A DNA stretch of 32,000 bases from Acidothermus cellulolyticus 11B (GTDB lineage: Bacteria > Actinomycetota > Actinomycetes > Acidothermales > Acidothermaceae): contig NC_008578.1 of NCBI RefSeq assembly GCF_000015025.1, positions 1,170,001 to 1,202,000 of the forward strand, written 5' to 3'. The translations under genes were made by a program, and so were the position numbers. Each line of letters opens with the position of its first letter. Position 1 is the stretch's first letter. Below, one piece after another: positions 7,642 through 22,784 of the stretch. The notes beneath the pieces are model-generated. The model was not told the DNA's origin and did no database searches. It saw only the letters and a program-made list of their open reading frames with translations.

Positions 7642-9786
7642 GTGATGGTGGCAGCAGATGATCGGGACACTCGTGCGGATGTCCCCGAGGTGGAGGTGTC
7701 CGAGGCGCAGATCGCGGTGCACTGGCGGGAGGAACCGTATTATTACCCGTCGGCCAAGTTCATCGCGCAGGCGAACGCGGGGGATCCGGCGATCCTGGAG
7801 CGTTTCAGTGAGCAGAATTTCCCCGAGTGCTTTCGGGTCTACGCCGATCTCCTGAGCTGGGACGCCTACTGGCACACGACGCTCGACACGAGCAATCCAC
7901 CGTTCTGGAAGTGGTTCGTCGGCGGCCGGCTCAACGCCTGCTACAACTGCGTCGATCGCCATTTGGCGGCGTCCGCGAACAAGGCGGCGTTCATCTGGGT
8001 TCCCGAACCGGAGAACGAGCCGACGCTGGCGCTCACCTACCAGGAGTTGTATCGACGGGTGAACGAATTCGCCGCACTGCTCCGCGACTTCGCCGGGGTG
8101 AAGACCGGAGACCGGGTGACGCTCCACTTGCCGATGGTGCCGGAATTGCCGATTGCCATGCTCGCCTGCGCCCGGCTCGGCGCCATCCATTCCCAGGTCT
8201 TCGCCGGCTTCAGCGGTGCCGCGTGCGGGGACCGGATCGCCGACGCAGAGAGCAAGGTGCTCATCACCATGGACGGGTACTACCGGGCCGGCGACTTGCT
8301 CGACCATAAGGTGAAAGCCGATGAGGCGGTGGCCCGTGCCGCCCAACAGGGGTGCACGGTGGAGAAGGTGCTCGTCTTCCGCCGCCACGCCGGGCAGTAC
8401 GCGTCCAAGAGCCCCATGGTCGACGGACGCGATTTCTTCGTCGACGACATTCTGCCGCAGTTCCGGAATAAGCTCGTCGCTCCGGTCTCCATGCCGGCCG
8501 AGTCCACGTTGTTTCTCATGTACACGAGCGGTACGACAGGCCGGCCGAAGGGGTGCCAGCACTCCACCGGCGGTTATCTCAGTTACGTGGCTGGGACGTC
8601 GAAGTACTACCTCGACATCCACCCGGAGGACACCTACTGGTGCTTCGCCGATATTGGGTGGATCACCGGGCACAGTTACATCGTGTACGGTCCATTGGCG
8701 CTGGGCACGACGAGTGTGATGTACGAAGGCACGCCGACGTATCCGGACGCCGGCCGCCCGTGGCGGATTGCCGAGCGCCTCGGCGTGAACATCTTCCACA
8801 CGTCACCGACAACGATCCGCATGCTCAGGAAGGTGGGGCCGGACGAGCCAGCCAAATACAACTACCACTTCAAGCTGATGACCACCGTCGGTGAGCCGAT
8901 CGAACCGGACGTCTGGCGCTGGTATTACGACGTGATTGGGAAAGGCGAAGCCGTCATCACCGACACGTGGTGGCAGACCGAGACCGGCGGTTTCCTCGGG
9001 TGCCAGCTCCCCGCGCTGGCGCCGATGAAGCCGGGCAGCTGCGGCCCTGGTGTACTCGGCGTCTTCCCGGTCATTTACGACGAGAACGGCGAGGTGGTGC
9101 CGCCGGGCAGCGGCCGGGCCGGCAATATGTGCATCCGCAACCCATGGCCTGGTGTATTCCAGGGCATTTGGAAGCAGCCGGAACGGTTCGTGCAGACCTA
9201 CTACGCCAAGTACTGCCGCAACCCCGAGAGCAAGGACTGGCGGGATTGGCCGTATTTCTCCGGTGACGGCGCTGTGCAGGCCGCCGACGGTTACTTCCGG
9301 ATCCTCGGCCGGGTGGACGACGTCATCAATGTGGCCGGGCACCGGCTCGGCACCAAAGAACTGGAATCCGCGACGCTGACCGTGCCGGAGATCGCGGAGG
9401 CAGCCGCGGTCCCGGTGATGGACGAGCTCCGGGGTCGGGCGGTGGAGATGTACGTGACGCTCAAACCCGGCGTGGCGGCAAGTACCGAGATCACGGAGAA
9501 GGTCACCAAGGCGATCGAGACGGAGATCGGTAAGATCGCCCGACCCAAGAGCATCTGGATCGTCAGTGATCTGCCGAAGACGCGGTCGGCGAAAATCATG
9601 CGCCGGATTCTGGCTGGGATCTCCAACTTCACCGACGTCGGCGACACGACGACGCTGGCCAACCCCGAGGTCGTCGAGGAGATTCGGCGGGCGGTTCAGA
9701 AGGCGAAGATCGACCGTGGCGAGGTGCCGCGGCAGCTTACCCCGGAGGAACTCGAAGAGATCCGCGCCTTCGGCCGGGTGGAGTAG
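7642..9786 (+). CDS. acs: AMP-forming acetyl-CoA synthetase family (acetate--CoA ligase)
   Basis: 714 aa. Motifs: WFVGGRLNACYNCVDRH, AMP-binding YTSGTTGRPKG, WWQTETGG and C-terminal RSAKIMRRIL (the catalytic, acetylatable Lys context). SD GAAGGGAG is at 7631-7638; the start is GTG 7642 or ATG 7645. Confidence 0.9.
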   Translation: MMVAADDRDTRADVPEVEVSEAQIAVHWREEPYYYPSAKFIAQANAGDPAILERFSEQNFPECFRVYADLLSWDAYWHTTLDTSNPPFWKWFVGGRLNACYNCVDRHLAASANKAAFIWVPEPENEPTLALTYQELYRRVNEFAALLRDFAGVKTGDRVTLHLPMVPELPIAMLACARLGAIHSQVFAGFSGAACGDRIADAESKVLITMDGYYRAGDLLDHKVKADEAVARAAQQGCTVEKVLVFRRHAGQYASKSPMVDGRDFFVDDILPQFRNKLVAPVSMPAESTLFLMYTSGTTGRPKGCQHSTGGYLSYVAGTSKYYLDIHPEDTYWCFADIGWITGHSYIVYGPLALGTTSVMYEGTPTYPDAGRPWRIAERLGVNIFHTSPTTIRMLRKVGPDEPAKYNYHFKLMTTVGEPIEPDVWRWYYDVIGKGEAVITDTWWQTETGGFLGCQLPALAPMKPGSCGPGVLGVFPVIYDENGEVVPPGSGRAGNMCIRNPWPGVFQGIWKQPERFVQTYYAKYCRNPESKDWRDWPYFSGDGAVQAADGYFRILGRVDDVINVAGHRLGTKELESATLTVPEIAEAAAVPVMDELRGRAVEMYVTLKPGVAASTEITEKVTKAIETEIGKIARPKSIWIVSDLPKTRSAKIMRRILAGISNFTDVGDTTTLANPEVVEEIRRAVQKAKIDRGEVPRQLTPEELEEIRAFGRVE

Positions 9787-9790
9787 CGGG

Positions 9791-9815
9791 GGCGGCAACC
9801 GAGGCGTTGCGCGCC
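9791..9815 (+). terminator. GC-rich hairpin 5 nt after the acs stop (candidate tail-less terminator)
   Basis: GGCGGCAAC-cgaggc-GTTGCgCGCC forms 9 bp with one bulge. No U-tract follows. hisF starts 26 nt downstream. Confidence 0.3.
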
Positions 9816-9840
9816 GGCCGGCGGTACGTACACTCGCCGC

Positions 9841-10698
9841 GTGACCGCAACGGCACCTGACGGCGCGCAACGCCTCGACGCCGGCGTAGCGATCCGGGTC
9901 ATCCCGTGCCTTGACGTTGACGCCGGGCGGGTGGTCAAAGGCGTCAACTTCGTCCACCTCCGTGACGCCGGCGACCCGGTGGAATTGGCCGCCGCCTACA
10001 ACGCCGAGGGTGCCGACGAGCTGGTCTTCCTCGACATCACGGCAAGCAGCGGCGACCGCGAGACCATGTACGACGTCGTCCGCCGTACGGCCGAGCAGGT
10101 CTTCATCCCCCTGACCGTCGGCGGCGGGGTCCGCAGCGTCGCGGATTTCGACCGGCTGCTGCGGGCCGGAGCCGACAAGGTGGGGGTCAACACGGCGGCC
10201 ATTGCCGATCCCCGGCTGCTGGCCGAAGGCGCCGACCGGTTCGGTGCGCAGTGCGTCGTCCTGTCCATCGACGCCCGCCGCCGGCCGGACATGCCGTCCG
10301 GATTCGAGGTGACCACCCACGGCGGCCGGCGTTCCGCGGAGCTCGACGCGGTCGAGTGGGCGATCCGCGCCGTCGACCTTGGAGCGGGGGAAATTCTCCT
10401 CAATTCGATGGACGCAGATGGAACCCAGGCGGGTTTCGATCTCGAGCTCATCCGTGCCGTGCGGTCGGCGGTCAACGTTCCGATTATTGCGAGCGGTGGC
10501 GCAGGCCGAGCAGCCGATTTTCCACCTGCGATCGCGGCTGGGGCAAACGCCGTTCTGGCGGCGAGCGTGTTTCATTTCGGCCTGCTGCGCATCGCAGACG
10601 TGAAAGACGCCCTTCGCCAGGCGGGATATCCGGTCCGCGACGCGACGTCCGCGCTGCGGGACCCCGGCCCGGCGCGCCACGACCCGGGCCCGGCGTAG
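9841..10698 (+). CDS. hisF: imidazole glycerol phosphate synthase, cyclase subunit
   Basis: 285 aa. Motifs: [45 protein letters not shown]. Confidence 0.95.
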   Translation: MTATAPDGAQRLDAGVAIRVIPCLDVDAGRVVKGVNFVHLRDAGDPVELAAAYNAEGADELVFLDITASSGDRETMYDVVRRTAEQVFIPLTVGGGVRSVADFDRLLRAGADKVGVNTAAIADPRLLAEGADRFGAQCVVLSIDARRRPDMPSGFEVTTHGGRRSAELDAVEWAIRAVDLGAGEILLNSMDADGTQAGFDLELIRAVRSAVNVPIIASGGAGRAADFPPAIAAGANAVLAASVFHFGLLRIADVKDALRQAGYPVRDATSALRDPGPARHDPGPA

Positions 10699-10767
10699 CC
10701 GGTGACCCCGGCCGGGCGAGCCCAGACCGACCGTGGCGGAACGCCGGCGAGCCGGCAGAATGAGCAC

Positions 10768-11196
10768 ATGACCCGACGTCCTTCCAACCTCGACCCGGCG
10801 ATTGCCGCGCGGCTCAAGCGCGACGAGCACGGCCTTTTCCCCGCGGTGGCCCAGCAGTACGACACCGGCGAAGTCCTCATGGTGGGCTGGATGGACGACG
10901 AAGCGCTGCATCGCACGCTCACCACCGGACGGTGCACGTACTGGAGCCGGAGCCGCCAGGAGTACTGGGTCAAGGGGGAGACGTCCGGTCACCAGCAGTG
11001 GGTGAAGTCTGTGGCGCTCGACTGCGACGGCGACACGGTCCTCGTCAAGGTTGACCAGATCGGCGCAGCGTGTCACACCGGGGACCGCACGTGCTTTGAC
11101 GCCGGGCAGTTGCCCGCCGTCGTCGGCGAGCCACCCACACCGGTCGGCGCCGGTGAGCGGCAGCCGGCCTCCGGCACGGCGGACGCCGCACCGTGA
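10768..11196 (+). CDS. hisI: phosphoribosyl-AMP cyclohydrolase
   Basis: 142 aa from ATG 10768. Motifs: [48 protein letters not shown]. The ORF-track start at 10702 is a possible longer form. Confidence 0.9.
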   Translation: MTRRPSNLDPAIAARLKRDEHGLFPAVAQQYDTGEVLMVGWMDDEALHRTLTTGRCTYWSRSRQEYWVKGETSGHQQWVKSVALDCDGDTVLVKVDQIGAACHTGDRTCFDAGQLPAVVGEPPTPVGAGERQPASGTADAAP

Positions 11197-12650
11197 CGAC
11201 GCTCGCCACCCGTCCGCCGACCGATTCGGGCATTCGCCGGCTGACCCGGCGGTTATTGGCGGACGGCGAAACCGCAATCGGCCTCTACCGGAAGCTCGCC
11301 GGCGACCGTCCGGGGACGTTCCTGCTGGAATCCGCCGAGAGCGGCAGATCCTGGTCGCGTTATTCCTTCGTCGGGGTGCGCAGCGCCGCTGTGCTGACGG
11401 AGCGCGGGGGCCGAGGGCACTGGCTGGGCACGCCGCCGCCCGGCGTTCCCACCGACGGCGACCCGCTGGCCGTCCTGGCGGGGACGCTCGACGCGCTGCG
11501 TACGCCGCGCGATCCGCAGTTGCCGCCGCTTGCCGGCGGGTTGGTCGGTTTCATCGGCTACGACATGGTCCGGCGCCTCGAGCGCCTTCCCCAGACGACA
11601 GTCGACGACCTCGGCCTGCCGGAGCTGCTCCTCCTTCTGGTCACGGACCTTGCCGTCTTGGACCACTACGACGGCAGTGTGCTGCTCATCGCCAACGTGT
11701 TGCCGGGTGATTCGGTGGACGCCGCGGCGGCGCGGCTTGACGAGATGACGTCCGCGCTGCGGCGTCCCGCACCATCGACGGTCACCGTGGTCGACCAGGT
11801 GCCGGCACGCGAGCCGCTGCGGCGCACCGCCAGCGACGAGTACTGCGCATGGGTGGAGCGGGCCCGGGAGTACATCCGGGCCGGCGACATTTTCCAGGTC
11901 GTTCTCAGTCAGCGTTTCGAGATGACGACGACGGCGTCGGCATTGGACATTTACCGGGTGCTGCGGACCCGCAATCCCAGTCCGTATCTTTTTCTCCTGC
12001 GGTTCGAGGGTTTCGACGTCGTCGGATCCAGTCCCGAGGCGCACGTGACCGTGAAGGACGGCCGCGCGACCATGCACCCGATCGCTGGCAGCAATCCCCG
12101 TGGGGCTACTCCCGAGGAAGACGCTGCGCTTGCCGCTGCGCTGCTTGCGGATCCGAAAGAACGTGCGGAACACGTGATGCTCGTCGATTTGGCCCGTAAT
12201 GACCTGGGCAGGGTGTGTGCGCCCGGCACGGTCGAGGTCGTGGATTTCATGGCGGTCGAGCGCTACAGCCACATCATGCACTTGGTCTCCACCGTGGTTG
12301 GGCAGGTTGCGCCGGGACGGAATGCGCTCGACGTTCTAACGGCGACATTTCCAGCCGGCACGCTCTCCGGTGCGCCCAAGGTACGGGCGATGGAAATCAT
12401 CGAGGAATTGGAGCCGACCCGCCGCGGCCTCTACGGCGGCGTTGTCGGGTACGTCGATTTTGCCGGCGACCTCGACACCGCGATTGCGATTCGTACCGCG
12501 TTGCTGCGCGACGGCACCGTCTACGTTCAGGCCGGAGCGGGATTGGTTGCCGATTCCAACCCGGTGAGAGAAGACCAGGAATGTTGCAACAAGGCCAACA
12601 CGGTGCTGTCCGCGGTGACGATCGCCGAAACGCTGCATCCCGCCGGCTGA
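11193..12650 (+). CDS. trpE: anthranilate synthase component I
   Basis: 485 aa. Chorismate-binding family motifs ([44 protein letters not shown]). GTG 11193 overlaps the hisI TGA. Confidence 0.95.
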   Translation: MTTLATRPPTDSGIRRLTRRLLADGETAIGLYRKLAGDRPGTFLLESAESGRSWSRYSFVGVRSAAVLTERGGRGHWLGTPPPGVPTDGDPLAVLAGTLDALRTPRDPQLPPLAGGLVGFIGYDMVRRLERLPQTTVDDLGLPELLLLLVTDLAVLDHYDGSVLLIANVLPGDSVDAAAARLDEMTSALRRPAPSTVTVVDQVPAREPLRRTASDEYCAWVERAREYIRAGDIFQVVLSQRFEMTTTASALDIYRVLRTRNPSPYLFLLRFEGFDVVGSSPEAHVTVKDGRATMHPIAGSNPRGATPEEDAALAAALLADPKERAEHVMLVDLARNDLGRVCAPGTVEVVDFMAVERYSHIMHLVSTVVGQVAPGRNALDVLTATFPAGTLSGAPKVRAMEIIEELEPTRRGLYGGVVGYVDFAGDLDTAIAIRTALLRDGTVYVQAGAGLVADSNPVREDQECCNKANTVLSAVTIAETLHPAG

Positions 12651-13228
12651 CGGAATTCACCCTCACGATCGGCGGTCTGGTCGTCGTCGGCGGCCTTTTG
12701 CTCATTGCCGGCGGCCGGCCGTGGATCCGCTTCACGACGGTGAGCGCCGCCGGACTGCGCCTGTCGGCGGTCGCGACCGGGCATGACGCCGCGGGTACCG
12801 CGTACGCCGCGGGATTCGTCTTCCTTGCCGCAGCGGCCGCGATGCCGGCGGTCCGGGCCTGGCTTCGGCGTCTTCTGGGAATTCTGATCGGGCTGACGGC
12901 CGCGGCGACGGTGGCGACCTGCGGGTCGGTGCTCGCACACCCGGCCCGGGCGGCCGCCAGCCGGGCGGAGGCGGTCTCCCAACTCCGACCGCCGGTGATC
13001 ACGGCGACGTCCGTCATGATCTGGCCGTGGCTGGCCGGCGCCGGTGCGCTGATCGCCATCGCGCTCGCTGTGCTGGTCGCGGTGCGGTCCGCTCCCTGGC
13101 CGGCGATGGGCCGGCGTTACGACCGTGCGCCGCAGGATCGGCGTCCCCCTACAGCCGGACCTGCACGTTCCGCCCCGGAGGCGTCGGCGTGGGACCGACT
13201 CGACCGCGGCGAGGACCCGACGGTGTGA
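12581..13228 (+). CDS. Trp-biosynthesis-associated membrane protein (Rv1610-like, Trp_oprn_chp family)
   Basis: It has about four TM helices, a C-terminal Pro/Arg-rich tail, and the conserved trpE-X-trpC position. The start is uncertain: the only in-frame ATG or GTG upstream of TM1 is ATG 12581, 70 nt inside trpE. Confidence 0.6.
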   Translation: MLQQGQHGAVRGDDRRNAASRRLTEFTLTIGGLVVVGGLLLIAGGRPWIRFTTVSAAGLRLSAVATGHDAAGTAYAAGFVFLAAAAAMPAVRAWLRRLLGILIGLTAAATVATCGSVLAHPARAAASRAEAVSQLRPPVITATSVMIWPWLAGAGALIAIALAVLVAVRSAPWPAMGRRYDRAPQDRRPPTAGPARSAPEASAWDRLDRGEDPTV

Positions 13229-13373
13229 CAAAATCCTCCGCAAGTAGGGCGATCGAGAGGACCCCATGCGTGGCCACGGTGTAACGAACGCTACCCTGGG
13301 CGAGTTCCTCAGTCCGAGGAATCACGTGTTCCGCCCGCAGCGCGGGAGCGGAACAGCGTCGGTCGGAGGGTCC

Positions 13374-14189
13374 GTGCCGGTGAGCCTGCTCGACGACATC
13401 ATGGCCGGTGTCCGGGCGGACGTCGCTGCGCGGCAACGTCTCGTGCCGTTGGACCAACTCAAGGCTCGTGCCGCCGGCCGGCCCCGTCCGCTGGACGGCG
13501 TCGCCGCCCTCAAGCGGGACGCGGTCACGGTCATCGCCGAGGTGAAACGGTCGAGTCCGTCTCGCGGCGATCTCGCGCCGATCCCCGATCCAGCTGCGCT
13601 CGCCCGCGAGTACGCCGCAGGCGGCGCCGCGGCAATCAGCGTGCTCACCGAGCCGCGCCGATTCCACGGTTCGCTGGCTGATCTCGAGGCCGTCCGGCAG
13701 GCCGTTGAGATTCCCGTGCTCCGCAAGGATTTCATCTACTGCTCGTACCAGCTCTGGGAAGCGCTGGCCTACGGCGCGGATCTCGTGTTGCTGATCGTCG
13801 CAGTGCTCGATCAGAGCGCGCTGGTGTCCCTGATTGAACGGGCGGAATCTCTCGGCCTCACCCCGCTCGTCGAAGTGCACACGGCCGAAGAAGTCAGTCG
13901 TGCCGTGGACGCCGGTGCGCGGATCATCGGCGTGAATGCCCGCGACCTGCGGACCTTCGAGGTCGACCGCGACCTTTTCGGACGGCTGGCGCCGCGGATT
14001 CCCAACGGAATCGTCAAGGTCGCCGAGTCGGGGGTGCGCGGACCGCGAGATCTCCTCGCGTATGCGGCAGCCGGGGCTGACGCCGTCCTGGTCGGGGAAG
14101 GACTGGTGACCGACCGGAACCCCCGGCAAGCCGTCGCCGAACTCGTCACGGCCGGCGCGCACCCGGCTCTCCGGCACGAGGCCATCTAG
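13374..14189 (+). CDS. trpC: indole-3-glycerol-phosphate synthase
   Basis: 271 aa. Motifs: [45 protein letters not shown] 13374 follows GGAGGG and gives an N-terminus colinear with mycobacterial TrpC. GTG 13380 and ATG 13266 are alternatives. Confidence 0.9.
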   Translation: MPVSLLDDIMAGVRADVAARQRLVPLDQLKARAAGRPRPLDGVAALKRDAVTVIAEVKRSSPSRGDLAPIPDPAALAREYAAGGAAAISVLTEPRRFHGSLADLEAVRQAVEIPVLRKDFIYCSYQLWEALAYGADLVLLIVAVLDQSALVSLIERAESLGLTPLVEVHTAEEVSRAVDAGARIIGVNARDLRTFEVDRDLFGRLAPRIPNGIVKVAESGVRGPRDLLAYAAAGADAVLVGEGLVTDRNPRQAVAELVTAGAHPALRHEAI

Positions 14190-14211
14190 CCGTGGCCGAT
14201 CGGAGGCGCTG

Positions 14212-15489
14212 GTGAGCGGCGTCCGACCAGCGTTGCCGGATGCCGCCGGGCATTTCGGCCCGTTCGGCGGGCGCTTCGTACCGGAGGCGCTCGTCGCGGC
14301 ACTGGACGAGCTCGCCGCTGCACACGCGGTGGCGATGGCCGATCCGGATTTCCAGCGCGAACTACGGCAGCTGCTCACGTCCTACGCCGGCCGGCCGACA
14401 CCGATCACCGAGGCGCGGCGGTTCTCCGAGCACGCCGGCGGAGCCCGCATTCTGCTGAAACGCGAGGACCTGACGCACACCGGCTCCCACAAGATCAATA
14501 ACGTGCTGGGGCAGGCACTGCTCACTGTCCGGATGGGCAAGAAGCGGGTCATCGCCGAGACCGGGGCAGGCCAGCATGGCGTGGCGACCGCTACGGCTGC
14601 GGCGCTCTTCGGCTTGGACTGCACGATCTACATGGGCGAGGAGGACACGCGCCGGCAGGCCCTGAACGTGGCCCGGATGCGGTTGCTCGGCGCGGACGTC
14701 GTCCCGGTCGACGCCGGTACCCGCACGTTGAAAGATGCGATAAACGAGGCATTCCGCGACTGGGTGACGACCGTCGAATACACCCACTACGTCTTCGGCA
14801 CGGTGGCCGGCCCGCATCCTTTTCCCGCGGTGGTCCGCGATTTTCAGCGGATCATCGGCGACGAGACGCGGACCCAGGTGCTCGACGCTCTCGGACGGTT
14901 GCCGGACGCGGTGGTCGCCTGTGTCGGCGGCGGGTCCAATGCCATTGGGATTTTCACCGCCTTCCTTGCGGATCCGCAGGTCCGGCTGTACGGATTTGAA
15001 GCCGGCGGGGAGGGGATCGAGACGGGTCGGCATGCGGCGACGTTGAGCGCCGGGAGCCGGGGCGTCCTGCACGGCGCCCGCACCTACGTGCTGCAGGACG
15101 CCGACGGCCAGACCCGCCCGTCGCATTCCATTTCCGCGGGGTTGGACTACCCGGGCGTCGGGCCGGAACACGCGTGGCTGCGGGAAACCGGACGGGTCTG
15201 CTACCAGCCGGTCACCGACGCCGAAGCGATGGACGCGTTCCGGCTTCTGGCCCGCACGGAGGGCATTCTCGCGGCGTTGGAGAGCGCGCACGCCCTGGCC
15301 GGCGCGTTACGGGTCGGGCGGGAGCTTGGCCCCGGGAGTGTCGTGGTCGTCAGCTTGTCGGGGCGCGGCGACAAAGACGTGCAGACCGCGGCCCGGTGGT
15401 TCGGCCTTGATGCGTCGGACAGGTCCAGCAGGTCGGCCGCGTACCGCCGGCCGGGCTCCGGCGTGGACGTCCCCGGCAGGCCGATGTGA
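14212..15489 (+). CDS. trpB: tryptophan synthase beta chain
   Basis: 425 aa. Motifs: [29 protein letters not shown] (the PLP lysine), [19 protein letters not shown] lies upstream of GTG 14212. Confidence 0.95.
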   Translation: MSGVRPALPDAAGHFGPFGGRFVPEALVAALDELAAAHAVAMADPDFQRELRQLLTSYAGRPTPITEARRFSEHAGGARILLKREDLTHTGSHKINNVLGQALLTVRMGKKRVIAETGAGQHGVATATAAALFGLDCTIYMGEEDTRRQALNVARMRLLGADVVPVDAGTRTLKDAINEAFRDWVTTVEYTHYVFGTVAGPHPFPAVVRDFQRIIGDETRTQVLDALGRLPDAVVACVGGGSNAIGIFTAFLADPQVRLYGFEAGGEGIETGRHAATLSAGSRGVLHGARTYVLQDADGQTRPSHSISAGLDYPGVGPEHAWLRETGRVCYQPVTDAEAMDAFRLLARTEGILAALESAHALAGALRVGRELGPGSVVVVSLSGRGDKDVQTAARWFGLDASDRSSRSAAYRRPGSGVDVPGRPM

Positions 15490-16289
15490 CCGCCGTCGGT
15501 GAGGCTTTGCGCCGGTGCCGCGCGGAGGGCCGTGCCGCGCTGGTGGGTTACCTGCCGGCGTGTTTCCCGGACGTCGAGCGCGGCATCGCGAACCTCCAGG
15601 CCCTCCTCGACGGAGGCGTCGACATCCTGGAAATCGGCTTGCCGTACAGCGATCCCGTCCTCGATGGGCCGGTTATCGCCCGGGCCGCCGACGTGGCGCT
15701 CCGCGCCGGTTCCACGACGGCTGCCGTCCTGCGCACCCTCGAAGCGGTCGCGGCTTCCGGAGCCGCAGCCGTAATCATGACGTATTGGAATCCCGTCGAG
15801 CAGTACGGCGTCGACCGGTTCGCCGCAGCAGTGGCCGCCGCGGGAGGAAGCGGCCTCGTCACACCGGACTTGCTGCCCGATGAAGCGGAAGCCTGGCTGG
15901 CAGCCAGTGATGCACATGGCCTGGATCGGATTTTTCTCGTCGCCCCAAGCTCGACCGACGAACGGATCGCGTTGACCGTCCGGTTCTGCCGTGGGTTCGT
16001 CTATGCGGCGTCCGTGATGGGTGTCACCGGCGTCCGGGAGCGGGCAAGCGTCCAAGCCCCGGAGCTGGTCGCCCGGGTCCGCCGTTATACGTCACTGCCG
16101 GTTGGTGTCGGACTCGGCGTGGGCACGGCCGAGCAGGCGGCGGAGGTCGCCCAGTACGCTGACGCGGTCATCGTCGGTTCCGCGTTCGTGCGGTGTGTCT
16201 TCGACGCCGGGGACGACGCTCCGGCCGCGCTCCGCAAGCTCGCGGCCGACCTTGCCGCCGGGGTGCGCAGGATGCCGGCAACCGGGTAG
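15486..16289 (+). CDS. trpA: tryptophan synthase alpha chain
   Basis: 267 aa. Motifs: [39 protein letters not shown] 15486 overlaps the trpB TGA. Confidence 0.95.
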   Translation: MTAVGEALRRCRAEGRAALVGYLPACFPDVERGIANLQALLDGGVDILEIGLPYSDPVLDGPVIARAADVALRAGSTTAAVLRTLEAVAASGAAAVIMTYWNPVEQYGVDRFAAAVAAAGGSGLVTPDLLPDEAEAWLAASDAHGLDRIFLVAPSSTDERIALTVRFCRGFVYAASVMGVTGVRERASVQAPELVARVRRYTSLPVGVGLGVGTAEQAAEVAQYADAVIVGSAFVRCVFDAGDDAPAALRKLAADLAAGVRRMPATG

Positions 16290-16302
16290 CGTCGAAGTCG
16301 CG

Positions 16303-17304
16303 ATGCACACACCCTTGGCCTACCTGCCGAGTCCGAGCCGCGGTGTTTGGCACCTCGGGCCGTTGCCGATCCGCGCATACGCCCTCTGCATCATCCTGGG
16401 AATCATCGTTGCCGTTGCGGTGACCGACCGGAGGTGGCGCAACCGCGGCGGTTCTCCCGGTACGGTCGGCACGCTCGTCACCTGGGCCATCCCGTTCGGC
16501 TTGGTCGGCGCGCGGCTGTACCACGTGGTCACCGATCCGGAGCTGTACTTCAAGCCGGGTCGCGACTGGGTCCGGGTGTTTTACATCTGGGACGGCGGTC
16601 TGGGCATCTGGGGTTCGATCGCCCTTGGAGCGCTCGGCGTGTGGATCGCCTGCCGTCGCTACGGCATTGCGTTCCCGGCGTTCGCGGACGCCGCAGCCCC
16701 CGGAATCGCGTTCGCACAGGCCATCGGCCGGTGGGGGAATTACTTCAACCAGGAGCTCTACGGCAAACCGACGACGATGCCGTGGGGTCTGCGGATTGAC
16801 GGAGCGCATACGGCGTCCGGCCTGCCGGGGATTTACCAGCCGACCTTCCTCTACGAATCGCTGTGGGACGCCGGAACCGCGGTTTTTGTGCTCTGGGCGG
16901 ATCGGCGGTTCCGGCTCGGTCATGGCCGGGCGTTTCTGCTGTACGCCGCGACGTACACGGTCGGCCGCGGGTGGATCGAGTACCTTCGAGTCGATCACGC
17001 CAACCACATCCTCGGGTTGCGCCTCAATGACTGGACGAGCATGCTCGTCTTCCTCGGCGCGGTGATTGCTTTCGTTGTGAGTGCGCGGCGCAGCCCAGGC
17101 CGTGAAGTGGTGGTCGAGGGATTACGTTCCGGCAGTACGCCGCCGGGCGTGGCTGCTGCCGACAGCAGCGGCGTCCCGGGCGGGTATGCGCCGGGCGCGG
17201 TGAGCAATTCGGCCGGCGAGGCGTCGTCTGCCGTGGCTGTCGACGTCGGGCCGCCCGGATCAGCACCGCCCCCAGGCGCGGATGGATCGGAGGTGGAGCG
17301 GTGA
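16303..17304 (+). CDS. lgt: prolipoprotein diacylglyceryl transferase
   Basis: 333 aa from ATG 16303. Motifs: IPSPSRGVWHLGPLPIRAYALCI, GARLYHV, GGLGIWG, GRWGNYFNQELYGKPT. It has an Ala/Pro/Gly-rich C-terminal tail. The ORF-track start at 16021 runs back into trpA. Confidence 0.92.
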   Translation: MHTPLAYLPSPSRGVWHLGPLPIRAYALCIILGIIVAVAVTDRRWRNRGGSPGTVGTLVTWAIPFGLVGARLYHVVTDPELYFKPGRDWVRVFYIWDGGLGIWGSIALGALGVWIACRRYGIAFPAFADAAAPGIAFAQAIGRWGNYFNQELYGKPTTMPWGLRIDGAHTASGLPGIYQPTFLYESLWDAGTAVFVLWADRRFRLGHGRAFLLYAATYTVGRGWIEYLRVDHANHILGLRLNDWTSMLVFLGAVIAFVVSARRSPGREVVVEGLRSGSTPPGVAAADSSGVPGGYAPGAVSNSAGEASSAVAVDVGPPGSAPPPGADGSEVER

Positions 17305-18038
17305 CGGCTGAGCGGACGAACGAGATGGCCGCTGACACGCCCCGGGCGGAGATCCATCACGATCACCGGGACGTGACCGGCGGGTGGTTGCGCCCGGCCG
17401 TGTTCGGCGCCATGGATGGAATGATCTCCAATGTCTCGTTGATCGCTGGCTTTGTTGGGGCAAGTGCGACACCGCACCTGGTGATTTTGAGCGGACTTGG
17501 CGGGCTGGTCGCCGGCGCGTTCTCGATGGGCGTGGGGGAGTACGTCTCGGTTGCCTCACAGGCGGATCTTGCGCGGGCTGAGATCGAGGTTGAGCGAACC
17601 GAGTTGCTGACCAACGCGCACGCGGAACGTGAAGAGTTGGCCCAGCTGTACATCGCGCGGGGCGTGGAACCCGAACTGGCCCGGGAAGTGGCCCGGCAGC
17701 TGTCGCGTGACCCCGAACGGGCGTTGGAAATCCACGCCCGCGAAGAGCTGGGGCTTACGCCGCACGACTTGCCGTCGCCAATCCTGGCCGCCCTGTCGTC
17801 CTTCCTGGCGTTCTCGGTCGGCGCTCTTCTTCCGCTGCTGCCCTTCCTGCTCGGCGCGACGGTGTTCTGGCCGGCGGTGCTGGTCACGGGGGTAGCGCTC
17901 TTTGCCGCCGGTTCAGCGGTGGTGCGGATCACCGCCCGGCCGTGGTGGTACGGCGGGTTGCGGCAGTTGCTCTTTGGTGCCGCTGCCGCCGGCGTGACGT
18001 ACGGCGTGGGTGCGGCGATCGGCACCCATGTGGCCTAG
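17301..18038 (+). CDS. VIT1/CCC1-family iron/manganese transporter
   Basis: 245 aa. Contains GAMDGMISNVSLIAGF, GEYVSV, a central acidic helix region and three C-terminal TMs. GTG 17301 overlaps the lgt TGA. Confidence 0.8.
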   Translation: MTAERTNEMAADTPRAEIHHDHRDVTGGWLRPAVFGAMDGMISNVSLIAGFVGASATPHLVILSGLGGLVAGAFSMGVGEYVSVASQADLARAEIEVERTELLTNAHAEREELAQLYIARGVEPELAREVARQLSRDPERALEIHAREELGLTPHDLPSPILAALSSFLAFSVGALLPLLPFLLGATVFWPAVLVTGVALFAAGSAVVRITARPWWYGGLRQLLFGAAAAGVTYGVGAAIGTHVA

Positions 18039-18242
18039 CCGCCCGAACTGAGGCGCACCGCCGCACTCCCGCGGGCGTTCCGTGGACGGACTGAGCGCGC
18101 CGCTCGGCTCTCTCCTCGCCGCGCGCCGGAACTTGTGGCAAGATAGGGGCGAGACTCTTCAGGGCCAGCGTCGTCCCTGGGTGTTCAGGTGACGGCGCTT
18201 TTTCATGCCCGCCGTCCCACCCGACTCGACGACGGGAGAACC

Positions 18243-22776
<4,534 letters not shown>

Positions 22777-22784
<8 letters not shown>

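Noticed and set aside
6604-8799. The upstream 730 codons of the 1046-aa minus-strand ORF (5659..8799)
   Set aside because: It is antisense to satP and acs, which have clear family signatures. The translation is Arg/Pro/Gly/His-rich with no recognisable domain. Only the last ~315 codons or so (the kinase) are real. This is a typical high-GC antisense open frame.
8803-11277. 824-aa minus-strand ORF
   Set aside because: It is antisense to acs, hisF and hisI, and it is low-complexity and Arg/Pro/Gly-rich. The opposite-strand genes are unambiguous.
13229-13373. Possible trp leader peptide or attenuator, or an N-terminal extension of trpC from ATG 13266
   Set aside because: There are no Trp codons or leader-like mini-ORF. 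The hairpin GTTCCGCCCGC-agc-GCGGGAGCGGAAC (13328-13354) has no U-tract. GTG 13374 gives an N-terminus colinear with mycobacterial TrpC. ATG 13266 (GAGAGGA upstream) stays a possible alternative start but is unsupported by homology.
18039-18242. GlnR-type box or promoter upstream of gltB
   Set aside because: I looked for gTnAc-n6-GaAAc repeats around GTTCAGGTGACGGCGCTTTTTCAT (18183-18206) but could not align a convincing pair of sites. This needs a matrix scan.
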